This document shows positions 30,257 through 48,282 of a stretch of DNA of 64,000 bases, one piece after another. Every line of letters starts with the position of its first letter. The stretch's first letter is position 1. Source of the DNA: the human T2T-CHM13v2.0 reference genome, Homo sapiens; the NCBI RefSeq assembly GCF_009914755.1, contig NC_060936.1; one strand, given 5' to 3'. A program made the position numbers and the translations under genes. The notes under the pieces are model-generated. The model did no database searches and had not been told where the DNA came from. It saw only the letters and a list, made by a program, of their open reading frames with translations.

Positions 30257-30637
<381 letters not shown>

Positions 30638-30765
30638 TAAATTTTTAATCATTAAGAAGACACGTAGGCTAGGCGTGGTGGCTAGCCTACTAAAAATACA
30701 AAAAATACAAAAATACAAAAAATTAGCTGGGCGTGGTGGTGGGCGCCTGTAATCCCAGCTACTCA

Positions 30766-30870
<105 letters not shown>

Positions 30871-30911
30871 TCAAAAAAAAAGGACATGTAAATGAAATGT
30901 CTCTATTGCAG

Positions 30912-31027
30912 AACGTGCTGAGTTTATGGGATATTTACACTCTAACTCCTGTATGGAACTGGCCCTCTCTTCACGTAGAAGAGTTTCTTCTTACTACAGA
31001 AGCAGACTCTCCTTCATCAGTCACGTG
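30912..31027 (+). CDS. KNTC1: KNTC1 exon 11
   Basis: AG/GT bounded; [38 protein letters not shown]. Confidence 0.9.
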
Positions 31028-31411
31028 GTATGTTATGACTATGGCTAGTAGTCATTTCCCTTCTGTTAGTACCAGGTATCTTGTCTGGTTTTGTTCAGGT
31101 CATTTATTATGTTTTACATTCTAAACAACACTGTGAAACAGTCTGACAGAGTAAAGACCGTTTGCAAAATTCACTGGGAACAGTTAGGCAATATGAACTT
31201 CCAAGTCATTTTGTTAGAAACTGTCAGTCTGGGCATAAACGTGCAGAAATGGAATACAGTGTCTATTACATTTTATTTTTTATGGAAGAGTGTTACTTTA
31301 GTTTATATCTTGTAATTGGCAAAGCCTACTTTTTTAATCAATAGATAATATTGTATGTTTTTGTTGTGTAAAAGTTTACTTGAATTATTTAAAGGTTCTT
31401 TTCTCTTTTAG

Positions 31412-31466
31412 GCAAGGAATTACAAATCTCAAATTAATAGCTCTGACAGCTTCAGCTAATAAGAAG
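31412..31466 (+). CDS. KNTC1: KNTC1 exon 12
   Basis: AG/GT bounded; (W)QGITNLKLIALTASANKK. Confidence 0.88.
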
Positions 31467-32475
31467 GTATTGGAAAATTTTATTTTGTGCTTGCCTATAT
31501 TATGTGTTAGAAAAAGCATTAGTGAATACAAAAGTAGATGTTAAATAGTACAGCATATTAGCTCTTAGTTCACACAGAAACTTGACAATCAGAAATAAAC
31601 CTGCAGAACTCTTTTTAAAGTAAAAAGCTGTAAATCTTGACTCCATATTTTAAATGGAGCACTTCAGGAACCAAAAATGCCCATAGGAAAGTGTTTATTT
31701 TATTTTATTATTATTATTTTTTTGAGATGGGATCTTACCCTGTCCCCTGGGCTGTAGTGCTATGGCACAATCTCGGCTCACTGCAACCCCCCACCCCCTG
31801 GGTTCAAACGATTCTCCTGCCTCAGCCTCCCAAGTAGCTGGGATTACAGGTGCCTGCCGCCACACCCAGCTAATTTTTGTACTTTTAGTAGAGATGGGGT
31901 TTCACCATTTTGGCCAGGCCGGTCTCTATCTCCTGACCTGGTGATTTGCCTGCCTCTCGGCCTCCCGTAGTGCTGGGATTACAGGTGTGAGCCACTGCGC
32001 CCGGCCCAGGAAAGTGTTTATTAGAGTGACTCTTACGTAGTTCTGGCACTGAGGAATTACATTTCACCTTAAATACAAACTGTAGAATGGACTTCAGGTA
32101 TATGTATGGATTTTCATTCAACAGAGTTGGAATATGGGGTAGAACATCATTTCATATGTAACATTTAAATCATATAGTAACAAGCTGGGTGCGTTGGCTC
32201 ACACCTGTAATCCTAGCGCTTTGGGAGGCCAAGGCAGGTGGATCACCTGAGGTCAAGAGTTTGAGACCAGTCTGGACAACATGGTGAAACCCAGTCTCTA
32301 CTAAAAATACAAAAATTAGCCGGGCTTGGTGGCGTGCACCTGTAATCCCAGTTACTCGAGAGGCTGAGACAGGAGAATAGCTGGAACCTGGGAGGCAGAG
32401 GTTGCGGTAAGCTGAGAGTGCACCAGTGTACTCCACCTGGGCAACAAAAGCGAAACTCCATCTCAAAAAAAGTAA

Positions 32476-33187
<712 letters not shown>

Positions 33188-33262
33188 TAATTGTGAAGTG
33201 CTGTTTTGTACTTGCATGTTTAAATTGATCTGCTAAATTAATTGCTCTGCTATTTTTCTTAG

Positions 33263-33361
33263 ATGAAAAACCTCATGGTTTATTCATTACCTACAATGGA
33301 AATACTATATTCTTTGGAAGTATCTAGTGTTTCTTCTCTGGTCCAAACAGGAATTAGCACA
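33263..33361 (+). CDS. KNTC1: KNTC1 exon 13
   Basis: AG/GT bounded; MKNLMVYSLPTMEILYSLEVSSVSSLVQTGIST. Confidence 0.9.
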
Positions 33362-34838
33362 GTAAGTTTATTTGCATTTTAAAGTATTCTTTTAACTACT
33401 TTTTTCTTTATCTGGTATCTAATCAGGGATGATTAAAAGCCTTAATAATTAAGCTAAGCATTAGTGGAACCTAGTGGAAACCTGGATAAATTTCAGGTTT
33501 ATAACTATATTTATTAATAGAGATCCTCAAATATACTTACTTGATAGTCTAAGGTTAGTCATCATATTAAAAAAAAAGTCAAAACATCAGTCATCTGCTT
33601 ATTCTTCTTTCTTGTGTCTCTACAGGAAGTATAGATGATAATGGGAGATGGAGACTATTGCTGTTACATATTTATGTAACTAATTTTCATATTTATGTAA
33701 CTAATTTACATATTTTAAAAATATTTTACCACATTTGTTTAATTTCTTTTTACACACACACTGTAGTTTTCCACATTTTGGAAATTACTTGTAGACATCA
33801 TGCTGTCACGCCTAAATCTTCAGCAGGTATCTCCTAAAAATAAGGGCATTCTTCTACAATGCAATTATCATACTCAGAAAATGTAACTCAAATACAGTAT
33901 TATTTATTATAAACTCTTCTAGATTTAAATTTTACCAATTGGGCCAGTTACTTTAAAGCTATTTTTTTTTCTTATGATCTAATCAAGAATCACTCATCAA
34001 ATTTAGGTCTCTGTGTTTTTGTTGTTGTTGTTGTTGTCGAGACAGGGTCTTGCTCTGTTGCCCAAGTTGTAGTACCGTCGCTCAATCATAGCTCACTACA
34101 GCCTCCAACTCCTGGGCTCAAGTGGTCCTCCTGCTTCAGCCTCCTGAGTAGCTGGGACTACAGGTGTGCACCACCAGGCCTGGCTAATTTTTACATTTTT
34201 TGTAGAGAGGTGGTCTCACTATGTTTCCTGGGCTAGACTCAAGCTCCTGAGCTCAAGTGAGCTTCCTGGCTCACCTCCCCAAATTGTTAATATTACATGT
34301 GTGAGCCATTGCATCTGGTCCATTTTTTGTCTTTTAAGACATTGACAGTTTTGAAGAGTCGCCACCCTGTGGTTTTGTAGACTGTTTCTCTATTTGGATT
34401 TGATTGTTTCATCATGATTAGATTCATGTTAAGCTTTTTTTGGCACAAATACTGCACAGGTAATATTGTTTTCTAACCACATCACGTTAAGAGGCTCATG
34501 GTATCCATTTGTCCTGTTATGGGTGATTTTAAATGTGATCATTTGGTTAAGGCAGTTCTGTCAGATTTCCCCATTTATAAAGTGTTTTTCCCTTAATAGA
34601 AAGTAACCTATGTGATATTATTTTGAGTCTATGGGATTTATATTTCCTAGCCATTTTTTCCCCAGTGTTTTTTTTTTTCCTTAAATTTTTGTGGGTACAT
34701 AGTAGGTATTTATGGGATACCCAGTTGTTTTAAAGTCCATTGATGGATAATTCATGCCTGAACCAGTAGTTACTCTAGTAATTATAAAATGCATTGCTCT
34801 TATATTGGAATTTTAATCATGTTTTTTTGTTATTGTAG

Positions 34839-34882
34839 GATACCATATACCTTTTAGAAGGAGTTTGCAAAAATGATCCAAA
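34839..34882 (+). CDS. KNTC1: KNTC1 exon 14
   Basis: AG/GT bounded; DTIYLLEGVCKNDP(K). Confidence 0.87.
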
Positions 34883-34977
34883 GTAGGTCATGTTTTACCG
34901 TGTTAAGTAATAGCTATGTTAAATTTTACGTATTAATATTAAAAGACAAGCGCATTTATAGTTAAAATTTTTTCTAG

Positions 34978-35043
34978 ATTGTCTGAAGACTCAGTCTCTG
35001 TGTTAGTACTCAGATGTCTTACGGAAGCTTTACCAGAAAACAG
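34978..35043 (+). CDS. KNTC1: KNTC1 exon 15
   Basis: AG/GT bounded; LSEDSVSVLVLRCLTEALPEN(R). Confidence 0.88.
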
Positions 35044-35140
35044 GTAACTTCTCATTTTTTTTTAAGCTTTATCCTTTAGTGAATAACTTAAATTCCCTGA
35101 ATAATAAGCATTTAACAAAATTTCTCTTCCAACTTAACAG

Positions 35141-35216
35141 ATTGAGTCGGTTACTTCACAAACACAGATTTGCTGAAGCTGAGAGTTTTGCCATTCAGTT
35201 TGGACTAGATGTTGAG
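35141..35216 (+). CDS. KNTC1: KNTC1 exon 16
   Basis: AG/GT bounded; LSRLLHKHRFAEAESFAIQFGLDVE. Confidence 0.92.
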
Positions 35217-35373
35217 GTAATCATTCATGTATTCATTTGTTCACCAAACAAGCATTTCGTCATGGGCTAGAGGCTGAGAGGACAGACATGTAATATATAA
35301 TTGGAATTTAGTGTGATTAAGGCTGTAATTAAGATATGACTGAAGTTGATTAGAGATTCAGAGGAAAGAGTGA

Positions 35374-35665
<292 letters not shown>

Positions 35666-36501
35666 TGATCTGCCTGTCTTGTTCTCCCAAAGTGCTGGGA
35701 TTACAGGTGTGAGCCACTGCACCTGGCCTCAGGTCAGGTCTTGAAGGTGTTCCTGACAGACCAGGGAGGGGAAGGGATTCTGGGTACAAGGTCAGCATGG
35801 ATAGAATGAGGGGGACTTGTGATGCTTCAGGAACTCCTGCTGATTAGGTGGGACTAGAATGTAGGTTATATGGGCAGCAGAGTAAAAGAAGATGATGATG
35901 ATGCAGAAGTAGGGGCCTCTGTCACCCAGGCTGGAGTACAGTGGGGCGATCACAGCTTACCGCAGCCTTGACCTCCCAGGCTCAAGTGATCCTCCTGCTT
36001 CAGCTTCCCAAGTGGCTGGGACTATAGTTGCATACCACCATGCCCAACTAATTTTTAAATTTTTTGTAGAGACAAGGTTTTCCATGTTACCCAGGCTGGT
36101 CTTGAACTCCTGGGCTTAAGAGATCTGTCTACCTTGGCCTCCCAAAGTTTTGAGATTACAGTCCTAAGCCACCACTTGTGGCCAGGAGTGAGATTTGATT
36201 TTGCAGGTGATAGGAACCTGCTGACAGTTTTAAGCAGGAGAGTATCTTGATTAGGTTGTCATTTTAGAAAGACAAAGAATCTGGAGAAGGGTAAATACAT
36301 TGGAACTAAGTACTTTTCTCTAGGAGACCTGAACCAGGGCAATGAAGTACAGATATAGGTGAGAGAGAAGGCTGATAAGAGAGGAATATAGGCCAGGTGC
36401 GGTGGCTCACTCCTTTAATTCCAGCACTTTGGGAGACAGAGACGGGCAGATAACCTGAGGTCAGGAGTTCAAGACCAGCCTGGGCAATATGGTGAAACCT
36501 A

Positions 36502-36732
<231 letters not shown>

Positions 36733-37491
36733 TCAAATGGAAGGAAGGGCAGGGGACTTGAGGTTGACTTGCTTTACTCTGGCTAAGCATACACATTGGG
36801 TGACGATGGCATGACCTGAAATGAGGAATATGTGTGGAAGAGCAGTTTAGGGATAAAAGATGAAAAGTTCTGCTTTATGAAAATTGGATGTGAGCTGAGC
36901 ACAGTCGTGCATGCTGGTAGTCCTAGCTGCTCGGGAGGCTGAGGGAGGAAGATTCCTTGAGGTCAGGTGTTTGAGGCTATACTGCAATAAGATTGGCCTG
37001 TTAATAGCCACTGCACCTCAGCCTGGGCATCATAGTGAGCCTCTCATCTCTAAATTAAAATTAAAAAAAAAATGGATGTGAGGGGTCTGGTGAAATAGAG
37101 ATGTCTAGTGGGAAGTTGAGGAGTGGCCTACACTGCTTCTAAGGGTCGGAGACACCAGTGTAATGGCTCAGATGACTCCAGCAAATGCAGAGAGTGAAAA
37201 GACATCTGAGGATGTGATGTGGGGGCAATAGCATATCAGGGATGGAGGAGGAAGGGCTGTACACATATTTGGGAAGAAATAAGGGAGAAAAACTGTAAGA
37301 ATGTATGATTATGGAAGCCAAGGAAGCAGTAAGTTTTAAATGTACTGGGGAGTGATCAGCAGTTTCAACTACTACAGAGAAGATCAAGTATAAAAGCTGA
37401 AAGACATCTGGAGGATACAGCAATTAGGTCATTGATAATCCTTGAAAAGTCAGTTTTTGGGGAAGTAATAAGAGAGAAAGCCTTACTGTAG

Positions 37492-37909
<418 letters not shown>

Positions 37910-38402
37910 TAATTCTGTGTATTGTTTAGAAATGTATACAAGTTAAGAGACAAAGTAATTAATGGAATTAGTACTAAATACAAGAATAATGTATACTTCT
38001 GGTTGGGAGGAAGAGGATGATGTATTTGGAAAGACAACAGTGGGATCTGAAACTATTGGTAACATCTGCTTTATTTTTAAAGCTAAAGGTGATGAGTACA
38101 TTATTATTATAGTATTTATAATTTACATTATTACTTTTTTGAACATCTGAAAGATTTTAGAAGTAATGTTTAAAAAGAGACAGTGGAGCAAAAAAATCAA
38201 ACCAAAACAGAAAATCTGTGAAAGAAATGAGGGGAATATTCATGAATTAAACTACTCTTTGTTATCATTTATAGTTTTCAGAACCAGAGAGTCCCTGTCA
38301 AAGTTGGTATTGTGTCCATAGGAAACAGAACCTGAAATTTGAGTATTTGTAACTCTAACCTTTAAAGAACTTTTAGTAGACTTAGAAAATTGGTTGTCTT
38401 TA

Positions 38403-38628
<226 letters not shown>

Positions 38629-39185
38629 TTAACCTTTCTTGGGTCTCAGTTTTCTTGTTTGTAAAATGGGGATATTAGTACTTACCCCATAGTGTCATGA
38701 TGACATGTAAAAGTTTACTTCTTAGGTTATGATAATTTAAAAAGACAATTCATATAAATATCTTTCTTCGGTTGATAAATAATCATATATACTTGGCCGG
38801 GTGCAGTGGCTCACCTTTGTAATCCCACACTTTGGGAGGCCAAGGTGGGTGGATTACTTGAGGCCAGGAGTTTAAGACCAGCCTGGCCCACATAGCAAAA
38901 CGCTGTCTGTACTAAAAATACAAATATTAGCTGGGCATGGCAGTGGATGCCTGTTGTCCCAGTTACTCGGGAGGCTGAGGCAGATGAATCGCTTGAATCA
39001 GAAGGCGGAGGTTGCAGTGAGCTGAGGTTACACTTACTGCACTCCAGCCTGGGTGACAGAGCAAGACTCTGTCTCAAAAATAAAAAAGAAGGGCCGGGCG
39101 CGGTGGCTCACGCCTGTAATCCCAGCACCTTGGAAGGCCAGGGCGGGCAGATCACAAGGTCAGGAGATCGAGACCATCCTGGCTA

Positions 39186-39437
<252 letters not shown>

Positions 39438-40909
39438 TTATACATTTACATTGTGCAATGATTAAATCAAGCTAATTAACATAACTATCACCTCACTTAT
39501 CTTTTTTTGTGGTGAGAACATTTAAAACCTACTCTTTTAGCAATTTTTTTTTTTGAGATAGAGTGTTGTTTTGTCTCCCAAACTGGGGTGCAGTGGCGCG
39601 ATTTTGGCTCACTACAACCTCCACCTACCTCCCAGGTTCGTGTGATTCTCATGCCTCAGCCTCTCGAGTAGCTAGGATTACAGACGCGCACCACCACGCC
39701 TGGCTAATTTTTTGTATTTTTAGTAGAGACGGGGTTTTGCCATGTTGCTCAAGCTGGTCTTGAACTTCTGAGCTCAGGTAATCCACCTGCCTCGGCCTCC
39801 CAAAATGCAAGGATTACAGGTGTGCGCCACCACGCCTGGCTCTTTTAGCAATTTTGAAATATACATTATTACTAACTACAGTCATCATAGACCTCTGAAA
39901 CTCATTCCTCCTTCTAACTGAAGCTTTGCAGCCTTGAAACATCTCTGACACCTCTGTATCCCCCCGCCCCTTCCCCTGGGCTCTAGTTGTCACCATTCTA
40001 CTCTCTACTTTTTTTTTTTTTTTTTTTTGAGATGGAGTCTTTCTCTGTCGTGCAGTGGCACGATCTCTGCTCACTGCAAGCTCCGCCTCCCGGGTTCAAG
40101 GATTCTCCTGCCTCAGCCTCCCAGGTAGCTGGGATTACAGGCGCCCACTAACATGCACTGCTAAGTTTTGTATTTTTAGTAGAAACCATATTGGCCAGGC
40201 TGGTATCGAACTCCTGACCTCAAATAATCCTCCTGCCTCAGCCTCCCAAAGTGCTGGGATTACAGGCGTGAGCCACCGTGCCCGACCTCTACTCTCTACT
40301 TTTATGAGTTTGACTATTTTAAGATTTCACATGTAAGTGAGATCATATAGTGTTTTTTTTTTATTGTGTCTGACTTATCTCACTTACCATAATGTCCTTC
40401 AGGTTTATCTGTGTTGTTGTTGGAAATGACAAATTTTCCCTCTTTTTTTTTTTTTTTTTTTTTTTTAAATAGGGTCTTACCATGTTGCCCAGGCTGGGCT
40501 CGAACTCCTGGGCTCAAATGGTTGTCCTGCCTCGGCCTCCTGAGCAGGCTGGCACTACATCTAGCTTCTAGACTGAACAATATTTTACTGTGCAAATATA
40601 CCACATTTTATTTATTCACTTATCTGTTGATGGATATTTAGATTCCATATCTTAGCTCATATAAAGCTCTTAGTAAGTGTACTGCTTGACACGTTTAGTA
40701 AGGACTCAACAGAAATGGTTCCCATACCTGCTAATAATCTGGTTCACCTCTCAGATATCTGAATGTTACTTTCTTTAAATCTCATTCCTGGAGCGCATGA
40801 GGATTCACCTTTTTGAAGTAGTTTGTTTCACTCAGCTTACTCTGAGAATAAGCCATCCACAGGTATTATTGTACTTCAAATTGCTTGATGTGGCGTGTTT
40901 ATATTACAG

Positions 40910-41035
40910 CTTGTTTACAAGGTCAAGTCAAATCATATATTGGAGAAACTGGCATTGAGTTCTGTGGATGCCAGTGAACAGACCGAATGGCAACAACTTG
41001 TAGACGACGCTAAGGAAAATCTACATAAGATCCAG
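40910..41035 (+). CDS. KNTC1: KNTC1 exon 17
   Basis: AG/GT bounded; LVYKVKSNHILEKLALSSVDASEQTEWQQLVDDAKENLHKIQ. Confidence 0.92.
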
Positions 41036-41125
41036 GTATGTTTTTCTTGTCACATACTACAGTATTTAGATTGACGTGTTGATCAACATTAGGTTGCCTT
41101 ACTGTGTCTGGCATTTGTGAAACAG

Positions 41126-41215
41126 GATGATGAATTTGTGGTGAATTACTGCCTGAAAGCTCAGTGGATAACCTATGAAACCACTCAAGAGATGCTGAAT
41201 TATGCCAAAACCAGG
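41126..41215 (+). CDS. KNTC1: KNTC1 exon 18
   Basis: AG/GT bounded; DDEFVVNYCLKAQWITYETTQEMLNYAKTR. Confidence 0.92.
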
Positions 41216-41795
41216 GTAGGTTCGTTTTTTTGTATTTTGTTTTTTTGGGGCAGGGGAGAATTTGCTTTAATCTCTCATAATCCTGCCTCAAATATATCTT
41301 TTCCTCCTATCCGCTATGTGTATTATTAATAAAAAAGTTTTTATAATAGCTTAATGGAGATAATTCACATCCTATACAATTCACCTATTTAAAGTATACA
41401 GTTCAGTGGTTTTTAATATATTCCTTGAGTTGTGCAAGCATCATTATTGTCAATTTTAGAACTTTTAAATCTCCCCAAAAGAACCTCTATCCCAGACCGG
41501 ACGTGGTGGCTCACGCCTTAATCCCAGCAATTTGTGAGGCTGAGGTGGGTGGATCACCTGAGGTCAGGAGCTGGAGACCAGCCTGGCCAACATGGTGAAA
41601 CTCCGTCTCTACTAAAAATATAAAAATTAGTTGGGCGTGGTGGCACGTGCCTGTAGTTCCAGCTATTAGGGAGGCTGAGGCACAAGAATCACTGGAATCC
41701 GGGAGGCAGAGGTTGCAGTGAGCTAAAATTGTTCCACTGCTCTTCAGCCTGGGTGACAGAGCAAGACTGTGTCTCAAAAAATAAAATTAAGGCTA

Positions 41796-42100
<305 letters not shown>

Positions 42101-43057
42101 TTAAAAGATAAAACTCTTAAATGTCTGGGTGAGGTGTCTCATGCCTGTAGTCCCAGTACTTAGGGAGGCAGAGGTGAGTGGGTCACCTGAGGTCAGGAGT
42201 TCACCAGCCTGGCCAATATGGTGAAACCCCATCTCTACTAAAAATATAAAAATGAGCTGGGTGTGGTGGTGCACTCCTGTAGTTCCAGCTACTTGGCAGG
42301 CTGAGGCATGAGAATTGCTTGAACCTGGTAGGCAGAGGTTAGGGTGAGCCAAAACTGCGCCACAGCAGCCTGGGCAACAGAGTGAGACTCTTATCAAAAA
42401 ACAAAAGAAAACAAAACCTCTATGCCATTAATAGTCATTCCCCATTTGCCCCAGTCCCCCAGCTTCAGGAAACCACTAATTTACCTCCTGTCTCTCTAGA
42501 TTTGCCTATTCTGAACGGTTCAAATAAATGGAATCATATATGTCTCCTTCATGTCTGGCTTCTTTCACTTAGCATAATATTTTCAGGGTTTGGGCTGGGC
42601 ACGTTGTTTCACGCCTGTAATTCCAGCACTTTGGGAGGCCGAGGTGGGCAGATCACGAGGTCAGGAGATCGAGACCATTGTGACGAACATGGTGAAACCC
42701 CGTCTCTACTAAAATACAAAAAATACAAAAAATTATCCAGGCGTGGTGGCACGCACCTGTAGTCCCAGGAGGCTGAGGGAAGGTAATCGCTTCAACCTGG
42801 GAGGTGGAGGTTGCTTTGAGCTGAGATCGCGCTTCCAGCCTGGCAACGGAGCAAGACTCTGTCCCAAAAAAAATAAAAATAAAAAAAAATCTTCAGGGTT
42901 CATCCATGCTGTAGCACATGTCAGTGCTGTATTTCTTTTTATTGGCACATAATATTCTATTTTATGGATATACCACGTTTTGTTTCTCCATTTATCAGTT
43001 GATGGACATTTGGGTTGTTTATACTTTTTTCCCCCAATTTTGTTTATATTTTGTTAA

Positions 43058-43575
<518 letters not shown>

Positions 43576-44380
43576 TAATTTTGACTACTCTAAGTACCTT
43601 ATATTAAATGGAATCATTTAATCATTTAAGACAGTACTTGTCTTTTGTGACTGGCTTATTTCACTTAGCATAATATCCTCCAGGTTCATTCATGTTGTTG
43701 CAAATGACAGAATTTCTTTCTTTTTTGTTTATCCATGGTCCCTGACTCTGACCCTAACCCTGACTTCTTTAGTTATTTCCACATTTTTGCTGCTGTGAAT
43801 AATTCTGCTATGAACATGGGTGTACAGATGTCTATTTGAGTCCCTCTTTCAGTTCTTTTGAGCATATACCCAGAAGTGGAAATGTTGGGTCATATGCTAA
43901 TTCTGTTTTTTTGAGACAGAGTCTCACTCTGTCTCCCAGGCTAGAGTGCAATGGCGTGATCTTGGCTCACTGCAACCTCTGCCCACCCCCCAGGCTCAAG
44001 TGATTCTCTCGCCTCAGCCTCCCAAGTAGCTGGGATTACAGACATGTGCCTCCACGCCCAGCTAATTTTTGTATTTTTAGTAGAGATGGGGTTTCACCAT
44101 GTTGGCCAGACTAGTCTTGAACCCTGACTTCAAGTGATCTGCCTGCCTTGGCCTCCCAAAATGCTGGGATTACAGGCGTGAGCCACCACACTGGGCCCTA
44201 ATTCTCTTTTAAATTTTTTAAGGAACTACCATGTTTTCCATGGTGACTGTGCCATTTCACATTTCCAGCAACAGTGCATAAGTGTTCAGATTTCTCCACC
44301 TTTGCTAACACTTTTTGTTTTTGAGACAAGGTCTTGCTTTCACCCAGGCTGGAGTGCAGTTGTAATGCATTGCAGCCTCA

Positions 44381-44833
<453 letters not shown>

Positions 44834-44949
44834 CTATCTCAAAAAAAAAAATAATAATAATAATAAATAAAAAATGGATTCTTTTTCTGTCATAGACCTT
44901 TTTTGGCATGCAATTTTTGCAATTGCAAATAATGTCATTTTTGCAATGA

Positions 44950-45198
<249 letters not shown>

Positions 45199-45446
45199 TG
45201 AACTCCTGAGCTCAAGCAGTCCGCCCGCCTCAGCCTTCCAAAGTGCTAGGATTACAGGCGTGAGCCACTGCCCCCAGGCAAATGCATTATTTTAAAAAAC
45301 ATGTCAGTTCTTTATAGTTTACTATTCATTTCACACTTAAATGCAATTTATTTAAAAAAATTTTTTGTTATTTCACAGAAAATCCATCATTTAGGAAATA
45401 AACAGTAGATATTCTTCTAACTGTATTTCTTATTATTCTTACTTAG

Positions 45447-45500
45447 CTTTTGAAGAAAGAAGATAAAACTGCTCTCATTTATTCTGATGGCTTGAAAGAG
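45447..45500 (+). CDS. KNTC1: KNTC1 exon 19
   Basis: AG/GT bounded; LLKKEDKTALIYSDGLKE. Confidence 0.87.
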
Positions 45501-45965
45501 GTAATTACACTAGATTTCTAGGTTAATATGTGGGTGAATATACCTTTATAATATGTTTTCCATTCAAAATAGACCCGTATTTTATCAAGAGCAAGTTATT
45601 TCAATACCTTACTTTTCTTATCTGCAAAATGGTAATATTAATAGGTACTTACTTTATAAGGTCATTTTGAGATCAAAGGAAATAATTCATATAAACTGTT
45701 GTACATAGTACCTGGTACCTGCTAAACATTCAAATGAAGATAAACTGCGATGTTGATTATGATGGTGCTAAAATACATGTGTGTGTGCATGTGAGCATAT
45801 AAATATTCAAATTCTTAGTTCAAATTAAGTATTGTAATCCAGCTGGATTTTACCATAAGAATTTAGAAATCAGTGAAAAAACTGATTTTAAAGAGTTCCT
45901 ACAATTAATGTGTATGTGCCTTTATAATTGGATGTAATTGGAAATGTTTTTCTTATCCCATGTTT

Positions 45966-45999
<34 letters not shown>

Positions 46000-46001
46000 T
46001 G
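45966..46001 (+). repeat. (TG)n microsatellite
   Basis: Directly visible, about 150 nt upstream of exon 20. Confidence 0.95.
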
Positions 46002-46149
46002 AAATAAAGGCAGTCCTATGGGAATTGAGTTGTGATGTGAGATAAATGTGAATGTGTATAGACATGTGAAATGTAATGATTCATTTTTAATGTTTTAATT
46101 TCAATATTGTTGCATATAAATTCAGATTATTAAATTATTTTTTCTTCAG

Positions 46150-46211
46150 GTGCTAAGAGCTCATGCAAAATTGACTACTTTTTATGGAGCATTTGGACCA
46201 GAAAAATTCAG
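46150..46211 (+). CDS. KNTC1: KNTC1 exon 20
   Basis: AG/GT bounded; VLRAHAKLTTFYGAFGPEKF(S). Confidence 0.9.
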
Positions 46212-46360
46212 GTGTGTACATTTTTGTTAAAACTTTTTAGGCCAGGCATGGTGTCTCACGCCTGTAATCCCAGCACTTTGGGAGGCTGAGGTGGGCAGAT
46301 CACCCGAGATCAGGAGTTCGAGACCAGCCTGGCCAACATGGCAAAACCCCATCTCTACTA

Positions 46361-46651
<291 letters not shown>

Positions 46652-46693
46652 TCAGCAACAAAAACGGGCTGAACATCCTTGTTGTCATTTCTT

Positions 46694-46781
46694 CTTTTTT
46701 GAGACAGGGTCTCACTCTGTCACCCAGGTTCGAGTGCAGTGGTGCGATCATAGCTCACTGCAGCCTCAACTTTTTAGGCTT
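46694..46781 (-). mobile_element. AluJ-like element, 3' piece (split by the inverted duplicate)
   Basis: Poly-T then GAGACAGGGTCTCACTCTGTC...CACTGCAGCCTCAAC; stops mid right arm. Confidence 0.8.
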
Positions 46782-47247
46782 GGTAAAAATCTAACTATTC
46801 TGGATAAATCAAGTATTTGGTTCCTTATCTGCAAAGAAGTAAACTCTCTTAAAACCATTTCTAAGTTTCAATGTTATAAGATTATATAGATTTATATTGG
46901 TTCTGTAGCTGACATTACTATTTAACAGTAATAATTATGTCCTGTATAATACAAAACATTGTTTATATTGCAAGGCATTATAGAAACCTTTCATGTACAA
47001 CAGCTGCTCCAAGACACCCGCTAACCCACAGCTCCCAGGTCATTCTCTGTGGGCTCAAGCAGCCGCTCCAAGGCAGCCACAATTATTTTTTTTTCCTAGT
47101 AGTAAATTTACCCAGGAATTTTTTCACTGCGCCACCCTAGCAGCGAGAAGGGCAGATCTCCATATGTGTAAGTCCATCTTTTCTATCCTATTGAGTAATA
47201 GCCATAAAAATTGGATTTACTTATATTTTACTTAGTGAAAATGTCAC

Positions 47248-47366
47248 CTCTTTAGAATGATCTGGCTCTTCTTGTAACGCCAGTCGTGCCCATATGATGA
47301 CTCTTCCACAGTTTTTTCAGCTTCAGCAGGAGGCAAAGACTTCAACAGAAGGAGACAGTCTTCACT
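47248..47366 (-). pseudogene. Antisense pseudo-exon copy of KNTC1 exon 31
   Basis: 119 nt vs 120 nt; 5 substitutions and a 1-nt deletion by manual alignment; AG and GT retained on the minus strand. Confidence 0.92.
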
Positions 47367-47372
47367 CTATAA

Positions 47373-47804
<432 letters not shown>

Positions 47805-48080
47805 TAATAATCTGAAAATCCATTTCTGATGATAGCAACAATAAAATAAATTTAAAATATAATTCTAAGTAATGAAGATTTGTTTAATTCTTAGTCATTG
47901 CTATAATTATAGAATCGTATAAAAATAATGACATTTAAAAACACAATAAAAGAGAACCCACGCTCCATTCTAGAATTAAAGGGTCCTAAAACATATAAAA
48001 CTGAGTCTGGCCCAGGTGCAGTGGCTCACGCCTGTAATCCCAACACTTTGGGATGCCAAGGATACCTGGTATCCTCCCTG

Positions 48081-48282
48081 GTGATCCTCCTACCTCAGCC
48101 TCCCAAGTAGCTTGGGACTACAGATGTGCACCACCACATCTGGCTAATTTTTTTAATTATTTTTTTAGAAATGCAGTCTCTCTGTGTTGTCCACGCCGGT
48201 CTTGAACTCCTGAGCTCAAGCGATCTGCCTGCCTCGGCCTCCCAAAGTGCTGGGATTACAGGCGTGAGGTACCACGCCCAGT
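48081..48282 (-). mobile_element. AluJ-like element, remaining piece
   Basis: Resumes at GTGATCCTCCTACCTCAGCC where the other piece stops; shared flank TCATTTCTT at 46685 and 48285. Confidence 0.8.

Noticed and set aside
33667-33710. Short direct repeats (CATATTTATGTAACTAATTT x2; also GTTAACACCA x2 at about 53414)
   Set aside because: Ordinary slippage duplications with no further structure
34883-35140. Very short introns (95 and 97 nt; also 90, 92 and 85 nt elsewhere) as possible U12-type introns
   Set aside because: All have ordinary GT-AG U2-type donors; no RTATCCTT consensus
46937-47235. ORF similar to the minus-strand ORF at 61423-61629, suggesting a duplicated small gene
   Set aside because: Explained by the inverted duplication of intronic DNA; no coding signature
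47248-47366. Functional mutually exclusive alternative to exon 31
   Set aside because: Wrong strand for KNTC1 and frameshifted
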